Source: Anthoceros angustus | Lineage: Eukaryota; Plantae; Anthocerotophyta | Assembly (NCBI GenBank): GCA_010909165.1 | Contig: MU008173.1 | Coordinates: 1,178,001 to 1,242,000, forward strand | Direction of reading: 5' to 3' | Length of the DNA: 64,000 nucleotides | In this document: piece by piece, positions 12,275-22,775 of the stretch | Numbering within the stretch: the first letter of the stretch is position 1 | How the letters are laid out: each line of letters starts with the position of its first letter | The notes under the pieces: model-generated | The model's input: the letters and a program-made list of their open reading frames with translations, nothing else | Told to the model about the DNA's origin: nothing | The model's database searches: none | Position numbers and translations under genes: made by a program

Positions 12275-14796
12275 CTCAAAACAAGGTGGTTTATGCACGC
12301 AGTGTGACCTTTGATGAAGGTCGACTTTGGCAGCAAGTGGGAGCTACTCCCACACAGGAGGACTTTGATCTTTCTGCCTTGCCTGACGTCACTGTTTTTG
12401 ATGATTCTGCTCTTGAGGAGATTGCTCCTGCGGGGGGGGAAGAACAATAGCAACACGATGATCAGGAGCAAGCAGATGAAGCTGAAAATTTTGCTGAAAA
12501 CTTGCAGCAACAACCTCCTCCAGAACCTGAACCAGCTGACCTTTTACCTGAACCTGATCTACCAGACCCCGATCCAGACATTGATGAGAATCATGCTGAG
12601 GACGATGACAGCGATGCAGAGGGTGAACCTGAGTTTTTACCCCTACATCCTGAAGACCCACCACAACCTGAGCGTCGTTATCCTGCAAGAGAAAGATGGG
12701 CACTGACACACCGATCACGGGACTTTAGAAACAATTACTAATGCTACTTCCTCGGATCCTATCGAACCTCAATCCTATGAAGAAGCTCTTAGCCGTCCTG
12801 ATGCTGCAGAGTGGAAAAAGGCAATTCAATCAGAATATGATTCGCTGATCAAGAATGGAACTTGGGAACTAGCCAAGTTACCTCCTGATCGCAAGGTGGT
12901 GTCTTGTAAGTGGGTTTTCAAAGTGAAGGTAAAGGCTGATGGAACTTTTGACAGGTACAAAGCACGACTCGTAGCTCGTGGCTTTTCGCAAGTGCCTGGC
13001 CTTGATTACTTCGAAACATATGCTCCTGTGATGAAGCTGGCCACTTTTCGCACAATCTGTGCCCTGGCAGCACATCAAGACTATGAGTTAGATATGTTCG
13101 ATGTAAAAACAGCTTTTCTACATGGCGAGTTGGACACGAGATCTATATGCGACTGCGAGGATCACAGTAAAGGGCAAGGAAGATCATGTCTGCTTATAAA
13201 AACCCTCTATGGCAAGCAATCAGCATTAGAGTGGAATCTGTCTCGACAAGAAGCGCGGCACTTGGTTGTGGAATGAGTGCAGCATCAGACTCTGATCTCT
13301 GGTGTGATGTTGTGTGCTATCTCAAAGATGTCGTTGATGATCGATTCTATCTGCAATAGCCCCACATTCATCACCAAAGTTAACAAGTCGCTATCTACCA
13401 AGTTTGAAATGACTAACCTTGGAGCACTTGTGAGTCAGCCTGAACTTTATTGGAGGGATAGGAAAAGCGGATCTATATCTCTCACACACCTCGATACATT
13501 AGAGTGTCTTTGAGCAACAGCTTGAAGGATGCAAAACCAAGAATGACGCCCATTGCCTTGTGGACGAAGTTTAGCAAGTCGATGAGTCACGAAACACAAA
13601 AGGACATAGATGAAATGAGGTCACCCTCGGGAAGGGTGTTGGGAAACTAATCTATGCAGCCAACACCACAAGACCTGAAGTTGCCTACACCACTAGCGTA
13701 CTCTCGCAATATCTTGAAAATCCTGGTCAGACCCACTGGATAGGGGTTAAGAGAGTTGTTAGATACCTAAAAGGAACATTAAACATATGGTAGCAGGAGG
13801 ACCTATATGCTGGTCCAGCAAAAAGCAACCCACCGTTGCTACATCAAGCACCGAGGCTGAATATCGCGTTCTTACAGCTGCAGCCAAGGAGATTGCGTGG
13901 TGCAAATTGATGTTTAAGGAACTTGGGCTGCCACTTCCGACCTGTACCATGATAAAGACGGACAACCAGGGGTCAATGAACTTGGCTAAAAATCCTGTAT
14001 TCCACTCTAGCACGAAGCACGTGGAGGTGGAGTATCATTTTATCAGGGACCTCATCAAGTCAGGACAAATCACGTTGGAATATATACCAACCGCAGAAAA
14101 TCCAGCAGATGTGTTCACTAAGCCCCTCAAGGATGCAAAACCAAGAGCATTGCCATTGCCTTGTGGAAGTTTAGCAAGTCGATGAGTCACGAAACACAAA
14201 AGGACATAGATGAAATGAGGTCACCCCCAGGAAGGGTGTTGGGAAACTAATCTATGCACCAACACCACAAGACCGAAGTTGCCTACACCACTAGCGCATC
14301 CTCGCAATATCTTGAAAATCTGAGTCGGACCCAATCGGATAGGGTTAAGAGAGTTGTTAGATACCTAAAAGGAACATTAAACATATGGTAGGGAGGACCT
14401 ATATGCTGGTCCAAAAGCAACCCAGTTGCTACATCAAGCACCGAGGCGAATATCGCGTTCTGCACCAAGGAGATTGCGTGCAAATTGATGTTTAAGGAAC
14501 TTGGGCTGCCACTTCCGACTGCATACCATGATAAAGACGGACAACCAGGGTCAATGAACTTGGCTAAAATCTGTATTCCACTCTGTAAGCACGTGGAGGT
14601 GGAGTATCATTTTATCAGGGACCTCATCAAGTCAGGACAAATCACGTTGGAATATATACCAACCGCAGAAAATCCAGCAGATGTGTTCACTAAGCCCCTC
14701 AGTAGGGATGCACACTACAAACATATGAGAAGTCTGGGCATGGGCAGCCATGAAGGCTACCCAGATGCCCTACCTACCAAACCCTAGCCTACAAAG

Positions 14797-15463
14797 CTAG
14801 GTGCAGCCCCAATCGTTACTGTCATCATCTGAACCATCAGTGCCATAATCCACAGGAGACTCAAATGATCTCATGCTGACTGAAGGGGAAGAGTTTGAAA
14901 TTTGCTCCCATGAGGCAGGTCTAACAGACTCCGAATTGAAAGTCTCCCCACCAGAGCGAGGTGAATTTCTGGCCTTTCTCTCCTGGTAGGAGATCTTCTC
15001 CTTGGTCTCCTGGCTCTCTTCTTCATCAAGGCGTTCCTCGGACCACAGCCGAGTGAGTGGGAGCAAGCACACAAACATGGTTAGGCATGTACACAAGGAT
15101 ACAAGCGGGGGCTGCAGAAATGAGCTTGTTCAAGCTAAATAAGGCAACAGGGAAGATTGCCACAAATGATTCAGGCAACTTACTGTAGAAACTGACAACG
15201 TGTTTGTCAAAGCCTGGGAAATTCTGGACACGTACTCGTATCATCTTCAGACCTGTGGTTATGCACTTGTACCAAATTGGGCTTCCTGGCCACCGAGCTG
15301 AGCCAAGGGTGACTATTCTCGTCTCCGACAAAATACCTTTGGGCTCGGAAACTGCGTGGAGGTGTGTCTCCAGGCATAGCGAAACTCACCTCTCACACCG
15401 CGGGCATCAAATGTAGCTCGAGAAAACAACCGCTTAGGCCGGGTGCAGGAGTGGACCTCCCAT
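14797..15463 (-). CDS. Antisense accessory ORF of copia A1 (frameshifted), unknown function
   Basis: Pieces LFSRATFDAR..GEFRYA / SETRIVTLGSARWPG..WYKCITTGLKMIRVRVQNFPGFDKHVVSFYSK / acidic tail. Conserved with the A2 copy, with synonymous-biased substitutions. Confidence 0.65.
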
Positions 15464-15942
15464 CTCGGCTCTTCTGCGAGGCCGTGGCCTCTGCCGCGGA
15501 TGCGTACCGCAGTGCCGCTCCTCAAGCACAACTTTTGTTGTTCCTTTAGGCTCGCCTGGGGCGCCAAGTGCCGGTTGCGGCTCGCCGCTCGAGCCGCCAC
15601 GCCTTCACTTCACTGCAGGCGGAGGAGGCTATTCTAGAAAAGCGAACTCAGAGTATCCCTCCGTAGACACGGCGCTGCGGGTGAACCATCGGACTAAGAT
15701 GAAGACATCTGCTAGGCACCTCGGTCACGCTCCGGTGTCGTGATGTAATGAAGACGGAACGAGCAAGCTAATATGCTCATGGCACACCGTGGGACCGCCG
15801 TAGTCGCTCATTACGCCTGCTGGGGCTTGCTGGGTTGTCAACCCGGTACACACACACACGCACTCGAGCTCAATAGCCGCAGTTTCACAAGGTGCTCATG
15901 GAGAAGAAGATCGTACACTATGCAATAATCAACAAGTGGGAG

Positions 15943-16193
15943 TATTGAAGATAGGGTGTTGAGTTATTACTTAGAGTTTTAATATATACGGTTATATAGT
16001 ATGTGTATATAGCTTTATTTAAATAGCTTACCCTTTCATTAGGGTTGCGTCCCTAGGCCAAAGGTCATGTCTCTTGGCTACTAGAATAAGTCTAGTTGCT
16101 ACAATTAATACTTACTTATGTCTTTATGCACATATATACAATAATGTAATTGATAAATACTCAATTGCTTTGCACCATTATCATATTTCCACA
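15943..16193 (+). repeat. 3' LTR of copia A1 (TATTG...CCACA)
   Basis: Follows the PPT; aligns end to end with the A2 LTRs. Confidence 0.9.
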
Positions 16194-16629
16194 CTGATGT
16201 TCTTTGAATCTTTGAAAATGTATGCTTACCAAGCTCTGAGCTTCGCATCCAATGAACCCACTCCCACTGTGATTCAATCACTATGCATCTCGTAGTGGCG
16301 TGAGGAATCTTGAAGAGTTTCTTGAGCTCTCGGCGCTTTCAACCCAGTTTGTCATAGTGGCATAAGCAAGCAGAGGCATAAACACATTGTTAAATGCGCG
16401 TTGGCAAGCTTTCTCAGACATGCTCTAACCGGAAGAGAGTGCAAGAAATTTGAGACACAGTTGTGTGATAAACGCAAAGACATTCACTAGGCGAGAAGCC
16501 GCACGAAATGCAACAAAACGTTCGAGGGTTTCGATAACTCATGATGAAACCATCTACCTACCTATGAGAATTGTGTCCTCTCCATGTGCATGATAAAACG
16601 GGCGCGGTCTGCTGGCCCCCCGGAGACAT

Positions 16630-16735
16630 GAAGAAGAAGAAGAAGAATTTTATTTAAGTCCACTAAGGACGGATTTCCGTCATGGGACTTGGTACTGCAT
16701 AACTTGGACCATGTTGTGCCTAAGGTATACTCGGC
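16630..16735 (-). mobile_element. LINE-type 3' end module (stem-loop, AATAAAA, (TTC)n)
   Basis: Reverse strand CTTAGGCACAACATGGTCCAAGTT..GTACCAAGTCCCATGACGGAAATCCGTCCTTAGTGGACTTAAATAAAATTCTTCTTCTTC closely matches 51240-51331. Confidence 0.7.
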
Positions 16736-17169
16736 TCCTTGGTAACCTAGCTCACATCGATTGCCATTGACGAGGAAGGCCCATTGCTCTCCGGGTTTGG
16801 TTGATTTTTGGTTGCTTTGCTTGTTTTGGCATATTTTCTTTTCCGAGAAGCAGCTTCCAACTTTAACAACGGTTCCACAGCTGGGACTCCCTCGAAACTT
16901 GAGTTTTCTACTCCAGCCCAAGGATATGAAGTGCCATGGTGGGAAAATGAGGTATGTAAAATGCAAAAGGCACTCTATGGCTCCTTCTCCCCCATTACTT
17001 TTTCCACCGGACTTACCTTGGTCCGCTCCTGAGTTTACTCCGGAGTTCCCGATGTTGTCCGACACGGATCCTTTCTTCGACCCTTCTTGTCCGTCGTAAC
17101 ACAGCCCATTCGTCCTTATTTCCCCTTTTTCCGCCTTAAGAGTTCAGACAATGCCTTGAATGGTTTCCC

Positions 17170-17290
17170 CAAGATGTTGTTGTTTCAGTGATGGACTTCT
17201 CTCAGAATTACGCATTTGGAGTCCAGAAAACAAAAAAACGCGCCTATTACCTTCCTAAGGGGGAGTCTACATTTCTTTCCTTGTCCACAA
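17170..17290 (+). mobile_element. Sola2-like DDE transposase fragment
   Basis: Reads DVVVSVMDFSQNYAFGVQ...LVH, resembling the DF(A/S)ENY motif I associate with Sola2 transposases. Very short. Confidence 0.38.
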
Positions 17291-17294
17291 GGAA

Positions 17295-17789
17295 GTGCTA
17301 CCTATGTGGCTAAAGTATTCCAAGACCATGCCAAATGCTGGCCAGGACTGCAATTCGGCAATTGAAGCTTGGCATGGCTTCTTAAAGTCCATGTTGAGCC
17401 ATGATTTTATGCGTCTGCGAGGTCGGCGTATGGATTGGTTGCTCCATACACTGACGGATATAGTGTGCAAAGTGTATTGGCACAAGCACTTTACAAAACA
17501 ACATGGCTTCAAGCACAATGCAAAGCAAGAGGTGATTATCGAAAATGCAATTAGGGGCTCTCTTTCCATACCTGACAACCATGTCACACTTTTTACCAAC
17601 GATCAAGAACCAGCTCTTGTGAAAAGCTCCACAGATCAAAGGCTGAACTACACTGTTTATAATCCTATAGGGGACTGGGCATGCTGCAATTGTCCAAGAG
17701 GAATGCAAGGCTTTTTCTGCAAACACCAGGCAAAGGTATTACGCATAAGGGCAATTGCATTCAACTCGGGACCTCCTTCGTGTATATAA
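17295..17789 (+). mobile_element. MULE transposase, C-terminal part with SWIM zinc finger
   Basis: VLPMW...GQDCNSAIEAWHGFLK (catalytic Glu region) and CNCPRGMQGFFCKH (SWIM). Confidence 0.8.
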
Positions 17790-18623
17790 TGTACTTCAAC
17801 GAACACTGAACCTTGTCCCGTAGGAGAGGACACAACATGTATTGGAGGGGTGCAAGCTTCAAAGAACCCTCAAGCTATGCCACGGAAATGCACTTACATA
17901 GATTGGGAGCATACCATTCAGACAATGCAGGATCTCGTACGATCTGCAGATCCTTCTTTGCTTCAACATGCATATGCTGGAGCCAACATTCTGTTGTGTC
18001 AACTACGATAACTGGAACCCCGATTAGGTGGAGCACAAACTTTGAATTCCATTGAGCTCAACAAAATGGACAATGGCCTCGGCGATAGTTTGAAACGGAA
18101 AAATCCACCGAGCGCATGCCTGCTCCATCGGCTATTGGAGTCAGAGTGGTGGGTCCCAGGACTGCAGGCATGCTTGCATCAATAACGTGACAAGTTTTAG
18201 GCTCCGCCCACGAGGTACATAGTTCTATAAGATAATCAAGTCTTTGTCAAAAGTCATTGCCTGACTGTGGGACTCAATGTCATACATTTTTGACTTGTTA
18301 TCAATGATGATGTATCATCAACTTTGCTAAAATCTCATTAAACATATGCATTGTGTGTATGAACCAAAAGGTTGAAGATCTTATCCAAAAATAGCTATAG
18401 AATAGACTAGTCTTCAATTCTACCCCTTACCACATTACAACTAGGAGGTTGCCAGACAGGTCACATTCTAGAAGTCTGTCTTTTAGCCCTTCCATAGTTT
18501 TGGTATTTCCACACTAGCCCGTCCATAGTTTTGGTATTTCCACACCTTCTAGAAAGTCTACATTCGAGCCCTTCCACAGCCCTGGTATTTTCGTAAGTAA
18601 ATGCAGACTAAATTCGAATAGAT

Positions 18624-19199
18624 TTAAGATTCAATAACTATTTCGTTAAGCATTGGTGAAAATTCTTTGTCAATACTCATTCTATCAAAGGGACAAGTCC
18701 TTGAAGTTAAAAACCAATTGTCAATACATTTACTATGAAATAAATGAGAACACTTTGGTAATCTTCTTACTACTTGTCTATCTACAAATTGTTCCAAGCA
18801 TATGCCACATTCTTCATCTAGATCCACTTCATTCTTGTATGACGTGAAAGGAATAATTTCATGCAGTTCAGCTACAGTGATGTCAAGATGTTGATGCATA
18901 TATCCAACTTCTTGTTCTTGTCTCAATCCTTCTTCATGCAGCAATTGTATAGTTCGATGCTGACGATTTTGATCAGATGTCCTACTAGACAATGATGGGA
19001 ACCATAAAGATATCAGTTGTCCACACAACAATGCGAGGCGTCCAAGCCAGCATAAAAAGAAACTTGCGATGAGTATTTCAACTCCAATTGGAAATCCAAT
19101 AACTATATTGCTACCCATCTGCATTTGATTATTGCTACCCATCTGCATTTGATTAATAGTTGCATTATTTGTAGTTTCCAGCAAGCTAATTGTTGACAT
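18624..19199 (-). CDS. ATL-like RING-H2 E3 ligase with N-terminal TM segment, 191 aa, single exon
   Basis: Hydrophobic segment IVIGFPIGVEILIASFFLCWL, GL-x/IP-x-x-x-Y region, and C-x2-C-x15-C-x-H-x2-H-x2-C-x10-C-x2-D RING. Confidence 0.78.
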   Translation of the reverse strand: MSTISLLETTNNATINQMQMGSNNQMQMGSNIVIGFPIGVEILIASFFLCWLGRLALLCGQLISLWFPSLSSRTSDQNRQHRTIQLLHEEGLRQEQEVGYMHQHLDITVAELHEIIPFTSYKNEVDLDEECGICLEQFVDRQVVRRLPKCSHLFHSKCIDNWFLTSRTCPFDRMSIDKEFSPMLNEIVIES

Positions 19200-19852
19200 G
19201 ATTGATATTAATCTATAGACTTATAATAAGAGTAGAAATTATCAAGTCAACATTGGATATAATAATATTTATAGAAATAAACCTGACATGTCAATTGGAA
19301 GAGCCAAAACGCAAAAATAATGAAAGTAATTTATTGAAAATTATATAAAGATACAAACACATGTCAATGTGAATAACCTAAATTAGATGACCATACATGG
19401 AAGAGATGTGATAAAAAAGGATGAGTTTGAAGAAAAAGGATAGATCATAAACATGCTTTTAGGTAACAAAAATATGACATGGTAACATTAAAGCAAATCT
19501 CTTATATACATTGTACACCAACAATGAAAATGTCAAGAGCTAACAAAAGACCACGGCCCTAAATGGAATATAAGTATTAAAGAATACTGAATACTGAAAG
19601 CAGGTCTCGCACCCTTAGGTCTTTTAAGAAGAACTATAAATCAAAATGTGAAGTACTAAATACAAACCAAAAACTAAAAGATCAATATAGTAAGTGTTTA
19701 TATAGGATCATAAATTAAAGGACCAAAAATCTAACTGGTAAATATATGCTAAATATGGACCTAAAACGTCAGAAAAAATAGGATTATAAATACATGAAAA
19801 GACGAAACAAAACCTTGACCCCTAAACGCTTGAGTCTTTTTGGGCCTGTTAT

Positions 19853-20274
19853 CAGAGTGTCATTTTGACCCCGTCCCAAGCTCGGTCCCGGTCCCGGCAT
19901 GTGTTAAAAAACACATGGGACCGGAGGTTCTTCAAGAGTCCGGTCCCCACCCTCGGTCCCCTATTACCCTCGGGGACTGAGGGTTCATAAAAGGTTCGGT
20001 TTAAAATTAATAAATTACTTAATTTTATATCCAAGGATTTATATTTATTATGGACACATGGATATCTTATTATGGACGCAGCTTGCCTGCTGGGCTGCAG
20101 TCTCATGCGGACTCCGCTCCGCAGTCTTTTATATTATTATTTATAAATTATTATTTAATATTTATTATATTTAATGACCAAGGGTCGCGGCACGATCCTC
20201 GCCGGTCCGGACCGGCGTAGCCAGGCTAGGCGGTCCCGGGGACTGAGCTAGTACTCGGTCAAAATGATACCCTG
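19853..20274. mobile_element. hAT-type MITE, 422 bp
   Basis: 18-bp TIR CAG(A/G)GT(G/A)TCATTTTGACC, perfect 8-bp TSD CCTGTTAT, subterminal GGGACC/GGTCCC motifs. Confidence 0.9.
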
Positions 20275-20577
20275 CCTGTTATCCCTTGATATTATTTTTT
20301 AATATCTAATTGATGGAAAATCTCCTCATCCTCATCTTTAAAGGGATAATTGTTATTTTTTAATATCTAATTCATGGAAAGTCTCCTCAACCTCATCTTT
20401 AAAGGCTTGACAATTACGACCATAGTCCAAGCTTCATACACATGTGTTGGGAAAAATGAAAAGCCTAATTCTCAACGAGCCACTTGTTTTCAAGCTCCAT
20501 AGGTAGGAAGTGTCTATGTCCACGGGCAACTTTGCCCTTTGTTCAAGTTTGGCGATTGGTTGTTGAGTGAACTTAAG

Positions 20578-20790
20578 GGGCTTGAGACAGGACCACACCC
20601 AAGCTCCTCACAATATTGATTGTTGAGCAAACTTGAGGGGCCAAAGACAGGACCACACCCAAGCTCCTCACAATATTGATTGTTGAGCAAACTTGAGGGG
20701 CCAAAGACAGGACTACAACCAAGCTCCTCTCAATGCTTGTTGTTGAGCTAACTTGAGAGGCCAAAGACAGGAACGCAACCAAGCCCCTCA
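20578..20790. repeat. 60-bp tandem repeat, about 3.5 units
   Basis: GGGCCAAAGACAGGACCACACCCAAGCTCCTCACAATATTGATTGTTGAGCAAACTTGAG repeated. Confidence 0.92.
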
Positions 20791-21603
20791 CAAAAATTTG
20801 GCCACTTCTGTGGGCAACAAATTTTCAACCAAGAAAATCCAAAAGTTTCAGTTGTACCAATCTTCCGAGGAGGATTCAATAATGAACCAGAATGGCATCT
20901 TTCGGGATTTTTGCATACGATCTGCATTGTGGACGTCGATATAATTGCTTGTTTTCTCAGTCATAAAATTGGGCATGGCCACCAAAGATATCTCATACTT
21001 TGCTCAAAGATGGTATGGTCTCAAAAGGGGATCAAAAAACTTCATAGGATGCAAACGGGAACGTACAATTCATTTCGAGTTAATTCGTTGTTTTGGGGGA
21101 GCAAAGATGGCATGGCCTCAAAGGGAATCAAAAAAATTCAGAAAATGCAAATTGAGACATACGACTCATTTTGAGTCAATTTGTCATTCTAGGGTTTAGC
21201 GATTAAGAAGAATTTTTTTTATTTTATAATTATTTATACACCTCGACAGCCCCAAAACAAGAGGACCTAATATGCCACGTGATTCCGACCCAACAAGCTT
21301 TTACTGAAAAATTATTGTTTGTTTTTGAAAAATAATAATAATTGATGTTCTCTGTTGTAAATGGTCTTGCTTTTTTGTGTTTGATGTTTGTGTGCTGCCT
21401 GAAGAATGTTAGGAAAAGAGCTAAGACTTTATTAAGACGGATAATTACGGACACTCCCATACAATATGGATTATACGCATATGTTAGGCAATATATATAC
21501 AATGTTAGGCATATATAATTATATACACATATTGTATAGGATTATTAAGACGGATATTTACTGACACTCCCATACAATATGGATTATACGCATTAGGTAC
21601 ATT

Positions 21604-22775
21604 AGGTACTAGTACAAAAGCACACTTGGACACACCACACCTCACACCTATGTGCGCTTGGCCTTCTATAGTTTTCAGCCTTGAATCCTAGTGGTCACTT
21701 GACTTGGCCTTTACTCTTGGGCTTTCTAGAAGATATTCTCTAGAAGAGACATGACTTTCTAGAAGGTATACAAGTTTGTTATTTTTAGGGCACTCTTCAT
21801 AACCTATTTTAGGGCACTATTTATAACATATTTTGATATGTTAAAATAAATCATTTCTAACAGTCCCACTCAACATATCAAAATTATTCCCTTAGGCCTA
21901 GCATCTTGCTGGGCCTAGCATGTTTGTCTAAAGTCAAGCCTTTGGTCAAAATATCTGCCAGCATGTCTCCTGATATACAATACTCTAGCTTTACCTGCTT
22001 TGATTTTACCTTTTCTCTTACAAAGTGATGTTTCACATGTGGTTGGGTCTAGCATGAAAAGTTGCATTCTTGGCTAAGAAGATGGAACCTTGATTGTCGT
22101 TGAATGTTGTTGTTGCTTCCTTTTACTTGAATTTCATCTCCTTTAGTAAGTTACGCAACCATATCGCCTCCATGACTATCGAGCATGTTGCCATATATTC
22201 TGCTTTGGTAGAGGATATAGATTAATAGTAGGTTTTCTTCTACTATTCCAAGAAATGGCTCCCTTATTCAACATAAACGCATATCCAGTGGTACACAGTC
22301 TGCGACTATCAACATCTCCTACCCAATCTGAATAACAATATCCTATCACTCGGACCTCCTGTTGATGCTCGTGTTGATCCATGAAATTCCATTGCTTTGT
22401 ACCACTCAAGTACCTTATTATTCTCTTCACTGCTTGAAACTAATGTTGTCTAGGGTTAGCCGCAATTGACTTGCAAGTCCCATTGCGTCTGCAATGTCGG
22501 GCCTTGTCCATGTAGATAAATAGGTGAGGTAGATAAATGGCACACTGATAGAGAGTTTTATCTACCTTCTCCCTCTCTTCTTCAGTTGTAGGACGCATCT
22601 CCTTTGAGAGCTTCTCATTCACCACCATTGGTGTCTTCACATGCTTGCACTCTTGCATTCCAAAGCGCTTCAGGACATTCTCAACATATGTCATCCTTCA
22701 TGTTAAAACTATCATTAAGACTCTTCTTTGTACTGTCTAAGAGTTCCAAATCCTTGTTTGCAAGGATTAAATCAT
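21604..22775 (-). mobile_element. Ty1/copia fragment D (RT 3' part, RNase H, PPT, 3' LTR)
   Basis: DDLILANK..SFNMKD, KRIIRYLSGT, SDWVGDVDSRR..TGYAF..GAISWNS; PPT AGTGGGAC then TGTTAG at 21862. LTR far end is approximate. Confidence 0.85.

Larger units (their letters stand above)
3230..16193 (+). mobile_element. Ty1/copia LTR retrotransposon A1 (5' LTR missing; internally duplicated; interrupted by a TIR element)
   Basis: gag zinc knuckle, protease (WFLDT), integrase (DICGP, LRSDNGGEF), RT (KARLVARGFSQVPG, DVKTAFLHG), RNase H (SSTEAEY, KHVEVEYHFIR, NPADVFTK). PPT AAGTGGGAG and 3' LTR at 15943-16193. 5'UTR aligns with A2 from about 3230. Confidence 0.93.

Noticed and set aside
14797-15463. env-like gene in copia A
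   Set aside because: It is antisense to pol and has no signal or transmembrane segment.
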